Source of the DNA: an uncultured Gammaproteobacteria bacterium
GTDB lineage: Bacteria > Pseudomonadota > Gammaproteobacteria > UBA9214
Length of the DNA: 64,000 nucleotides
Reading direction: 5' to 3'
Assembly: GCA_963748215.1 (NCBI GenBank)
Contig: CAVVHS010000005.1
Location: 64,001 to 128,000 of the forward strand
Shown here: positions 1 to 7,698 of the stretch, piece by piece
How the letters are laid out: each line of letters starts with the position of its first letter
How positions within the stretch are numbered: position 1 is the stretch's first letter
Position numbers and translations under genes: made by a program
Notes under the pieces: model-generated
Databases searched by the model: none
Seen by the model: only the letters and a program-made list of their open reading frames with translations
What the model was told of the DNA's origin: nothing

Positions 1-2
1 CC

Positions 3-710
3 CTGCCGCGCTACTGGCAGCAGATACAACTGTTTCTCAACATTGGTTCGGTACGCGAGGGGGAGCGCATCGATCTCGACGGCCTGCCCTGGCGGGTCCG
101 GCAGATCAACATCTTCAGCATCCTGGAAAACCCGACTGCCGGGATCAGCCAGCGCGTGCGCATCGACAGCCTGGTGGACCTGAAATCGCGGCCGCACCAC
201 AAGAATGACCCGTGGTTTCCGTGTGAGCGCGGTGACTGGGTGCTGCTGAGCGACGAGATGCGCGGCAAGGTCGTGGGCATAACCCAGGAACTGGTCGAGC
301 TGGTGGCGCGTGGTGGCGCGCACCGCACCTACCAGACTGGCGATTTCCTGTCGCTGTCACCACTCAACCTGTCGCGCAATTTCCGCCTCAAGGAAACGAT
401 CGGCATCAGCTACAAACTGCAAAAGGACAGCGTGACCACCATACCGGCACTGCTCAGGGCCTTCGTGGCACAACGCATAGAGGAATCGGAATACGCCGGT
501 CAGCTGCTCAATCTGCGTGTCGAGTTCCAGCAGGCCAACACCTCGTCGCTGGACCTGGTGGTGATCGCCGATTTCGACGGTGCGCTGGCCGATCTGTACA
601 ACCGCCTGCGCCGCACGCTACAGGGCTGGTGTGTCGAGGCCTGCACGACCCACAACTGGGAGATACCGTTCACCCAGCTGACACTGCACCAGGCCGAGGC
701 CGGCGACTGA
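3..710 (+). CDS. Mechanosensitive ion channel (MscS-like) family protein, C-terminal part (5' end outside window)
   Basis: Frame is open from the window edge (LPRYWQQIQLFLNIGSVREGERIDLDGLPWRV...). It ends ...LYNRLRRTLQGWCVEACTTHNWEIPFTQLTLH, resembling the MscS C-terminal 'I.IPFPQ' signature. Confidence 0.55.
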   Translation: MPRYWQQIQLFLNIGSVREGERIDLDGLPWRVRQINIFSILENPTAGISQRVRIDSLVDLKSRPHHKNDPWFPCERGDWVLLSDEMRGKVVGITQELVELVARGGAHRTYQTGDFLSLSPLNLSRNFRLKETIGISYKLQKDSVTTIPALLRAFVAQRIEESEYAGQLLNLRVEFQQANTSSLDLVVIADFDGALADLYNRLRRTLQGWCVEACTTHNWEIPFTQLTLHQAEAGD

Positions 711-726
711 GAGTTTTATCGCCGAT

Positions 727-877
727 AAGATCGCGCTTGCGAAGCGCTCCTACCCCAATAGATGCACCTGTAGGAGCGGACCGCGTCCGCGATCTTTTTC
801 GCACCGGGAAAAGATCGCGCTTGCGAAGCACTCCTACCCCAATAGACGCAGCTGTCGGAGCGGACCGCGTCCGCGAG
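727..877. repeat. BIME-like cluster of four GTAG-family REPs (two 84-bp units)
   Basis: Alternating ATCGCGCTTGCGAAGCRCTCCTAC (730-753, 814-837) and GT(A/C)GGAGCGGACCGCGTCCGCGA (770-793, 854-877). Each is a GTAG tetranucleotide plus a short palindrome. Confidence 0.85.
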
Positions 878-891
878 CTATACCGGGTGTG

Positions 892-920
892 AAAAACACC
901 GGGGGATCCCTCCCCCGGCA
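892..920 (-). terminator. Probable intrinsic terminator of the 88-aa gene
   Basis: Minus strand GCCGGGGAGGGATCCCCCGGT followed by GTTTTT. Confidence 0.5.
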
Positions 921-939
921 ATCCACGCCTGACTGCCGG

Positions 940-1206
940 TCAAACCGGACCAATCAGTACGGCATGCACATTCTTCGATTTCACCCGGCCCAGCACTTCC
1001 TGCGAGTTCATGCACTCGCGGTCGTACTGCACCAGCATCAGGTGGTAACGCAGCGGGCAGAACTCTGCCGATTCGATCCCATCGGATGATTCCAGAAAAC
1101 TCACCAGCTCCTGCCGCTGCCACTGATCGAGTGATTCATCCACGTGCACGATTATCTCGACATTACTGCCCGGCATGGGAAAAATGCTTGTTGCTGCTTC
1201 AGACAT
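940..1206 (-). CDS. Small conserved hypothetical protein, HMA/ferredoxin-like fold without CxxC
   Basis: 88 aa with a beta-alpha-beta-beta-alpha-beta pattern (VEIIVHVDESL...HLMLVQYD...VHAVLIG); GAGGGG RBS upstream. Confidence 0.6.
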   Translation of the reverse strand: MSEAATSIFPMPGSNVEIIVHVDESLDQWQRQELVSFLESSDGIESAEFCPLRYHLMLVQYDRECMNSQEVLGRVKSKNVHAVLIGPV

Positions 1207-1626
1207 AGTTCACCCCCCTCTTGTTGCGTTCGTCCATTCACCCTTTCTTGTAGATTGTCTGCCAGGTAAGAACAGGACACAGCCGGTACGGCTGTTATCC
1301 ATCAGGTCGCCGGTACCGCTGGCGCGTGATAAGCGGGCTGCGAAACGGTACTGGCACGTTCTGAAAGAATTGCATGACTCCCTCCGGTCACTGTCAAACC
1401 AAGCACGTCAAAATGTCGTCACAACACGTACGTTATGCACGCTGCAATGACCCGAGAAAATGCAATGCTCACGCATTAACACTTACCGTAGACGCTGCGG
1501 GTGCACTGTCAAGGTAGAAAAAGGTACTAGCTCGCTCGAGCGAATCCATCCCTGGACGCGTCGTGATGATGACAGGGCAAGGTTTTCCCTGCCTGTGGGG
1601 ATCGCTCAGGCCACTGCTGCGACCTG

Positions 1627-2700
1627 TCAGCGGTAGTGATATCGCACGCGGCTGCTGACGCCGCTGAGCATTTCGTAGGCAATGGTACCGGCTGCGCGGG
1701 CGATGTCGTCGACCGGCAGGCCGTCGCCCCACACAATGACTTCATCACCGATACTCGCCCGGGGGCAGTTGCGCAGATCGATGCAGATCATATCCATGGA
1801 AACGCGACCAGCCAGCGCCGCGCGCTGCCCGTTCACCAGCACCGGAGTCCCCGGTGGCGTGTGGCGCGGATAACCGTCGCCGTAACCGATCGCCGCCACA
1901 CCGATCTGCATGTCCTCCGGGCAGGACCAGTCGCCGCCGTAACCCACCGCATCGCCCTTGCGCCGCTCGGCAACCGCGATCAATGCACTGGACAGGGACA
2001 TGGCCGGCCTGAGGTCGAGCTGTGCAGCGGATTTTTCCGCGATCGGCGAGGATCCGTACAGCATGATGCCGGGGCGCACCCAGTCGGCATGCGCGGCCGG
2101 CCAGGCCAGCACGGCTGCCGAATTGGCCAGCGTTCGCTCGCCGTCCCGCGTGCCCAGTGTCGCCTGGAAGGTTGCGATCTGGCGTGCCGTGTAGTCCGCG
2201 TCCGTTTCGTCGGCACGAGCGAAGTGGGTCATGTAACGCACCGTACCGATGTGCCGCAATACCCGCAGGCGCGCCAGCGCCGCGTCGACCCCCGCCGGCG
2301 CGAAACCCAGCCGGTGCATGCCGGTGTCGATCTTGAGCCAGACATCGACGGACCGGGTAAGCCGCCCCTGCTCGAGCAGGTCCAGCTGAAAATCGTTGTG
2401 TATGACCAGGTCCAGCCGGTAACCGCATACCAGCGCGATGTCAGCGGCCGTGAACAGTCCCTCCAGCAGCACGATGCGCTGCTCGCAGCCGGCCTCGCGC
2501 AGGCTGACGGCCTCGTCCAGCCCGACGACGCCGAAGGCATCGGCCGCATTGAGTGCCTGCGCGACCTGCACCAGACCGTGACCGTACGCGTTGGCCTTGA
2601 TGACGGCGATGATGCGGCTGCCGGGTGCCATCTGGCGTACCCGGTTGAGATTATGCTGCAGCGCACCGAGCTCGATGTGCGCGCACGCGGGACGCGCCAT
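1627..2700 (-). CDS. alr: Alanine racemase
   Basis: AVIKANAYGHG PLP lysine, KIDTGMHRLG, IGYGDGYPR, GRVSMDM; follows dnaB. Confidence 0.97.
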   Translation of the reverse strand: MARPACAHIELGALQHNLNRVRQMAPGSRIIAVIKANAYGHGLVQVAQALNAADAFGVVGLDEAVSLREAGCEQRIVLLEGLFTAADIALVCGYRLDLVIHNDFQLDLLEQGRLTRSVDVWLKIDTGMHRLGFAPAGVDAALARLRVLRHIGTVRYMTHFARADETDADYTARQIATFQATLGTRDGERTLANSAAVLAWPAAHADWVRPGIMLYGSSPIAEKSAAQLDLRPAMSLSSALIAVAERRKGDAVGYGGDWSCPEDMQIGVAAIGYGDGYPRHTPPGTPVLVNGQRAALAGRVSMDMICIDLRNCPRASIGDEVIVWGDGLPVDDIARAAGTIAYEMLSGVSSRVRYHYR

Positions 2701-2702
2701 GC

Positions 2703-4097
2703 CTATTCGTTACCCGAGTAATAGGCGTCGCGCGCGTGGTTCTCGAAGCGCGTGTACTGGCCGCGGAAGGTCAGCATGCACTTGCCGATCGGGCCGTTAC
2801 GCTGTTTGCCGATGATGATCTCGGCCAGCCCCTTGTGCGGACTGTCCTCGTGGTAGACCTCGTCGCGGTAGATGAACATGATGACGTCGGCATCCTGCTC
2901 GATGGCGCCGGACTCGCGCAGGTCGGACATTACCGGGCGGCGGTCGGTACGCTGTTCCAGGCTGCGGTTGAGCTGTGACAGCGCGATCACCGGCACACTG
3001 AGTTCCTTCGCCAGCGCCTTGAGATTGCGCGAGATTTCGGAGATCTCGGTGGCGCGGTTTTCGCGATTATTGGTCCCCTGCATGAGCTGCAGGTAATCGA
3101 TCACGATCAGCCCGAGGTTGTGCTCGCGCTTGAGCCGGCGCGCGCGGGCGCGCAGTTCGATCGGCGACAGCGCCGGCGTGTCGTCGATGAAGATCGGCGC
3201 CGAATCCAGCAGGCTGACCGCCGAGGTCAGGCGTGGCCAGTCGTCATCGTCAAGATTGCCGGTACGGATCTTGTGCTGATCGATACGTCCGAGCGAAGAC
3301 ATCATGCGCAGCGCGAGGTGCTCACCGGGCATTTCCATACTGAAGATGCCTACCGGGACCTGGTTCTTGATGGCCGCATTCTCGGCGAAGTTCACCGCCA
3401 GCGTGGTCTTGCCCATGGAGGGACGACCGGCGACGATGATCAGGTCGGAAGGCTGCAGGCCGGCAGTCATGTTATCGAGATCGGTGAATCCGGTGGAGAC
3501 ACCGGTGATGTGGTCTTCCTGCTGCGACAGCATGTCGATGCGGTCCACGGCGGTCGCCAGCAGGGTGCGGATATTCGTGAAACCACGCTTGCCGCGCTTG
3601 CCCTGCTCGGCAATCTCGAACACCAGCTTCTCTGCATTGTCCAGCAGCGCGCCTGAATCACGCCCTTCCGGCACGAAACCGCTGTTGGCGATGCGGTTGC
3701 CCACCTCGATGAGCTGCCGCATCACGGAATTCTCGCGCACGATATCGGCGTAGGCCTTGATGTTCGCCGCACTCGGTGTGTTTTGCGCGAGCTTGCCAAG
3801 TGCCGTCAGTCCGCCGACATCGTCCAGCAGGCTGTTCTGGTCCAGCCACTCGGACAGGGTGACGGCGTCCAGCGGGTTGTTCTTTTCCGCCAGCTGCGCG
3901 ATGGCGCGAAAGATCAGGCGATGATCACGGCGGTAGAAATCCTCTTCGCTGACACAATCCGCCACGGTATCCCAGGCGGTATTGTCCAGCATCAGGCCGC
4001 CGAGCACGGCCTGTTCCGCCTGCAGGGAATGCGGCGGCACCTTGAGCATGCTGGTGTCAGTATGAATTACGTCTGCGGAACGAAGAGTTTCTGCCAT
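2703..4097 (-). CDS. dnaB: Replicative DNA helicase
   Basis: PPHSLQAEQAVLG, GRPSMGKT, IDYLQLM, SDLRESGAIEQDAD. 464 aa, no intein. Confidence 0.98.
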   Translation of the reverse strand: MAETLRSADVIHTDTSMLKVPPHSLQAEQAVLGGLMLDNTAWDTVADCVSEEDFYRRDHRLIFRAIAQLAEKNNPLDAVTLSEWLDQNSLLDDVGGLTALGKLAQNTPSAANIKAYADIVRENSVMRQLIEVGNRIANSGFVPEGRDSGALLDNAEKLVFEIAEQGKRGKRGFTNIRTLLATAVDRIDMLSQQEDHITGVSTGFTDLDNMTAGLQPSDLIIVAGRPSMGKTTLAVNFAENAAIKNQVPVGIFSMEMPGEHLALRMMSSLGRIDQHKIRTGNLDDDDWPRLTSAVSLLDSAPIFIDDTPALSPIELRARARRLKREHNLGLIVIDYLQLMQGTNNRENRATEISEISRNLKALAKELSVPVIALSQLNRSLEQRTDRRPVMSDLRESGAIEQDADVIMFIYRDEVYHEDSPHKGLAEIIIGKQRNGPIGKCMLTFRGQYTRFENHARDAYYSGNE

Positions 4098-4219
4098 GTC
4101 GCTTTAGTTATGGATGTGAGTAGCGTTGAAGATGAGGCAGTATAGATATCACAAACACATCATGAAGACACCATTGCGTTGCATCTGCAATTATGCCTCG
4201 TGAAGGCCTGCGCGCCGGA

Positions 4220-4252
4220 AACAACACAGGCGCCCGCGGGCGCCTGTGTGCT
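4220..4252 (-). terminator. Intrinsic terminator after rplI
   Basis: Perfect hairpin ACACAGGCGCC-CGCG-GGCGCCTGTGT followed by TGTTT on the minus strand. Confidence 0.6.
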
Positions 4253-4300
4253 AACTGTTCAGTTACAGGATGTTACGACTTGCGGTAACTGTGCTGTTTA

Positions 4301-4747
4301 TTATTCCGGTGTAATGGTCAGTTTTATTGTTGCATTGACATCCGAATGCAGGTGTAGCTGCACATCGTATTCACCGACCTGGCGGAACACGCCGTTCGGC
4401 AGGCGCACTTCGTGACGCTCGAGCTCGACCCCCTGCGCCGTGATGGCATCGGCGATGTCCGCCGTGCCGACCGAACCGAACAGCTTGCCTTCATCGCCGG
4501 CATTTGCGGCGATGGTGATGCTCATGCCGTCCAGCCGCTCGCGGCGTGCCTCGGCGCCGGCCAGCGACGCGGAGGCGGCCTGTTCCAGCTCCGCACGAAT
4601 GGCTTCGAAGGCGGCGATATTTTCCGGCGTCGCCGGCTTGGCCTTGCCCTTGGGCACCAGGTAGTTTCTGCCATAGCCCGGCCGCACCTTGACCTTGTCG
4701 CCCATGGCGCCGAGATTCTCGATCTTTTCAAGCAGAATGATTTCCAT
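4301..4747 (-). CDS. rplI: 50S ribosomal protein L9
   Basis: [13 protein letters not shown]...[19 protein letters not shown]. Confidence 0.97.
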   Translation of the reverse strand: MEIILLEKIENLGAMGDKVKVRPGYGRNYLVPKGKAKPATPENIAAFEAIRAELEQAASASLAGAEARRERLDGMSITIAANAGDEGKLFGSVGTADIADAITAQGVELERHEVRLPNGVFRQVGEYDVQLHLHSDVNATIKLTITPE

Positions 4748-4773
4748 GTTCACAACCTCTGAAAGTAGTTTCG

Positions 4774-5709
4774 TTAATTCCCGCCGCTTCCGCCGCGCTG
4801 GAAGCGGCGACGGAAGTCCAGCCAGGTGTCCAGCAACCCGCCGCCGGCCAGCAACAGACTCGCCTGCGGCAGCAACGCCAGCGCCAGGTACACGGCGACC
4901 AGCCAGCCTGTACCCCGTCCGGCCTGTTTGACCAGGCTGTGTATCACCGCCAGCCCGGTCAGCAGGTAGGGCACCAGCATCACCATGGCCAGCTGCGCGG
5001 CCAGGTCACCCGCCGCATCCGGCACGAAGCGCGCCAGCAACATCATGGCCACTGTCAGCAGCCCGGAGAGGTTTCCCAGCCGCAAGCTGCAGAATTCCTC
5101 GCGGAATGCGCCCGGGTGCACCAGCAATGACTGCCACCAGCGCGCCAGTAACAGGCTGCCGACGATACCGGTGATCAGTGATGCCACGATCACGCCGGTC
5201 ATCAGGGCGGCAATCTGTCCGACCAGCTCGCTGTCGCCGAGCGACTGCACCTTGATGCCGGCCTCGCCCAGTGTCGTCTCGAATTCCTGCAGCCGGACCA
5301 CCCACCAGGGCGCCGGGTCGCCGAAGTAGCCGTACACCGCCAGCATCAGGCAGCCGCCGAACAGCACGGACGCGAGCAGCGCCTGTGACAGCGACCGCGT
5401 CTGCCGCAGCACCAGCGCCAGCATCCAGCACGGCAGCCACAGCAGCAATACCAGCAGCAGGTTCAGCACCACGACCGCGTGCAGGCCGATCAGCTGGTAG
5501 AACAGCAGTGTCGCGGCACTCGCCAGCACCAGCACCTGCAGACCGGGCAGTATGCCGATATGCAAGGTCACCAGCGCAACGGCTGCCGCCGCCAGGTAAC
5601 TCAGTACCGTGGTGAACGGCACCATCAGGTACGTCAATGCACCTGCGGCCGCGGTCACCAGCACGGCCTGCCAGCGCCCTCTGACGATGAGTTCAGCCAG
5701 ACCCTTCAT
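4774..5709 (-). CDS. DUF2232 (YybS-like) multi-pass membrane protein
   Basis: Hydrophobic 311 aa with [17 protein letters not shown] and a terminal D.WLDFRRR; conserved position between rpsR and rplI. Confidence 0.8.
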   Translation of the reverse strand: MKGLAELIVRGRWQAVLVTAAAGALTYLMVPFTTVLSYLAAAAVALVTLHIGILPGLQVLVLASAATLLFYQLIGLHAVVVLNLLLVLLLWLPCWMLALVLRQTRSLSQALLASVLFGGCLMLAVYGYFGDPAPWWVVRLQEFETTLGEAGIKVQSLGDSELVGQIAALMTGVIVASLITGIVGSLLLARWWQSLLVHPGAFREEFCSLRLGNLSGLLTVAMMLLARFVPDAAGDLAAQLAMVMLVPYLLTGLAVIHSLVKQAGRGTGWLVAVYLALALLPQASLLLAGGGLLDTWLDFRRRFQRGGSGGN

Positions 5710-5758
5710 GTTAACGGATTACCGGTCTGCAACCCCGGCACCCTGCACGATTCCCGTG

Positions 5759-5983
5759 CTAGTGCGCATCCGTATACGGCAGCAGGGACAGGAAGCGCGC
5801 GCGCTTGATCGCTGTGGACAGCTGGCGCTGGTACCTGGCCTTGGTGCCGGTAATGCGGCTGGGCACAATCTTGCCGGTCTCGCTGACGTACTGCTTCAGT
5901 ACGGCAAGGTCCTTGTAATCGATTTCCTTGGTTTCCTCCGCGGTGAAGCGGCAGAACTTGCGGCGACGGTAGAAACGGGCCAT
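5759..5983 (-). CDS. rpsR: 30S ribosomal protein S18
   Basis: RRRKFCRFT...IDYKD...[11 protein letters not shown]...[13 protein letters not shown]. Confidence 0.98.
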   Translation of the reverse strand: MARFYRRRKFCRFTAEETKEIDYKDLAVLKQYVSETGKIVPSRITGTKARYQRQLSTAIKRARFLSLLPYTDAH

Positions 5984-6018
5984 GGTGATTCCTCTTCAGA
6001 TTCGGTAACGGTGCGTTT

Positions 6019-6474
6019 TCAGGATGCGTCGGCTTCGGCGGTTTTGGCGCTTTCGGCGGCTTCGTCGGTTTCGGCAGCGCTATCGTCGTCGGACGCTGCC
6101 TTGACATCACCAGCGGCACGGTCTTCATCACGCGGTTCCCGCTCGCGCTTCTCTTCCGGCCTCTTGATCAGCAGGGACGGCTCTGTCACCGCCGCCTTGC
6201 GGCTGATCACGAGGTTGCGGATAACGGCATCGTTGAAACGGAAGGAACTGTTCAGTTCTTCCAGCACGGGCGTGCTGCACTCGATGTTCATCAGCACGTA
6301 ATGCGCCTTGTGCAGTTTCTGTATCGGGTAGGCCAGCTGGCGACGGCCCCAGTCTTCCAGGCGGTGTATCTTGCCGCCGTCACTCTCGATCGTCGCGCGG
6401 TAACGCTCGATCATGCCAGGCACCTGTTCACTCTGGTCAGGGTGGACCAGAAACACGACTTCATAATGTCTCAT
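6019..6474 (-). CDS. rpsF: 30S ribosomal protein S6
   Basis: [18 protein letters not shown]...[12 protein letters not shown]; acidic tail. Confidence 0.98.
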   Translation of the reverse strand: MRHYEVVFLVHPDQSEQVPGMIERYRATIESDGGKIHRLEDWGRRQLAYPIQKLHKAHYVLMNIECSTPVLEELNSSFRFNDAVIRNLVISRKAAVTEPSLLIKRPEEKREREPRDEDRAAGDVKAASDDDSAAETDEAAESAKTAEADAS

Positions 6475-6482
6475 CTCAAAGA

Positions 6483-6528
6483 CCCCTTGTGGATTGGCAG
6501 CCTGCAGTCGCTGCTGCAGGCAAGGAGT
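6483..6528 (-). promoter_or_regulatory. S6:S18 autoregulatory leader RNA upstream of rpsF
   Basis: Minus strand CTCCTTG-CCTGCAG...CTGCAGGCTGCCAATCC-ACAAGGGG. The outer stem sequesters the RBS and there is an internal CC, as in the gammaproteobacterial rpsF leader. Confidence 0.65.
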
Positions 6529-6645
6529 TGGTTTTTCAGCTGATAATCAGCCGCTTGTAAAGAGCGCGCATTTTAGGGTAAGCCACCGGGCATGTAAAGC
6601 CCGCGTCCCGCCAGCCTGATGCATCGGTGAAACTCCGGTCTCATT

Positions 6646-6852
6646 CGTCATGCCGGTGCACGACTGCATGGAGGAGGTGAGACCGGGAACCGGTCGAGAG
6701 GCTGGCCTGGGCCATGCAAGAAGGTACGAGTCCATGGACGGACTCGGTAGAGCGAAGCAGGAAGCCAGAGCCGAGAGCGACGCAGGAAGCCAAAGCCGAG
6801 GCCGGCATCCAGGCGTCGGATGGAATGGATTCCGGCTTACGCCGGAATGACG
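6646..6852. repeat. CGTC-family REP doublet containing three nested short repeat elements
   Basis: Arms CGTCATGCCGG...GCCGGCATCCAG and TGGATTCCGGCTTACGCCGGAATGACG (uninterrupted homolog at 44082-44150); 139-nt insert at 6661-6799. Confidence 0.8.
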
Positions 6853-6920
6853 GAAAATCAAAGATCAGAGCATCCTGAAAGTCCGCAGTCCTCCCGAAAA
6901 ATTCCCCAAATATATCTGTT

Positions 6921-7682
6921 TTATATATTGTTTTTTATACCACCTCGCCGCTGGCGCACGGCCTCGAACAGCAGCACCCCCGCCGCCACCGATACATTCA
7001 GGCTCGACACCGTACCGGCCATGGGGATGCCCAGCTCGAAATCGCACAGTTCCCGGGTCAGCCGGCGCAGGCCACTGCCCTCGCTGCCCAGCACCAGCGC
7101 CAGCGGCCCGGTCAGGTCGGCGTCGTAGACCTGCTGTGGTGCGCTGTCGCTGGCGCCGTACAGCCAGATGCCCGCCTCGCGCAGTACGCGCAGGCTGCGC
7201 GCCAGGTTGGTAACGGTGAAGATCGGCATGGACTGCACGGCACCGCAGGCGACCTTGTGCACCACCGGCGTGATACCCGCGGCACGGTCTTTCGGCAGGA
7301 TCACCGCCTGCACGCCGGCGGCGTCCGCGCTGCGCAGGCAGGCGCCCAGGTTATGCGGGTCCTGCACCCCGTCCAGCACCAGCAGGAAGGCCGGCGCAGT
7401 CAGCGCGGCCAGAAAATCCGGCAGCGCCTTTTCGTCCATCACGCAACTGCCGCCCTGCACCGTGGCGACCACGCCCTGGTGGTTGCGCCCCGGCAGCCGG
7501 CGGTCGAGCGCCTGGCGCGTCACGCGTTCGACCGGAATACCGGCCTCCGTCACGCGCGCCAGCAGCTCCGCGCAACGCCGCTCGGCGCTATCGGCTACCG
7601 CCAGCGCACTTACCGCGGCCGGGCGCGCGGCCAGCAAGGCTGCCACGGCATGCGCCCCGTATACGTACTCCGGCGTAGTCAC
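6921..7682 (-). CDS. rlmB: 23S rRNA Gm2251 2'-O-methyltransferase
   Basis: HQGVVA, LDGVQDPHNLGACLRSADAAG, LGSEGSGLR, SLNVSVA; downstream of rnr. Confidence 0.96.
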   Translation of the reverse strand: MTTPEYVYGAHAVAALLAARPAAVSALAVADSAERRCAELLARVTEAGIPVERVTRQALDRRLPGRNHQGVVATVQGGSCVMDEKALPDFLAALTAPAFLLVLDGVQDPHNLGACLRSADAAGVQAVILPKDRAAGITPVVHKVACGAVQSMPIFTVTNLARSLRVLREAGIWLYGASDSAPQQVYDADLTGPLALVLGSEGSGLRRLTRELCDFELGIPMAGTVSSLNVSVAAGVLLFEAVRQRRGGIKNNI

Positions 7683-7698
7683 GGCGAATCGGGCTGAC

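Noticed and set aside
727-877. CRISPR array
   Set aside because: Only two units, with near-identical rather than unique spacers, no cas genes, and the same motif dispersed as REPs.
5983-6019. Absence of priB between rpsF and rpsR
   Set aside because: Normal for many non-enteric Gammaproteobacteria.
6650-6850. 66-aa ORF in the rpsF-rlmB gap (also 629-892, 30724-31242, 46317-46595)
   Set aside because: They run through repeat elements or antisense to genes and have no protein-like features.
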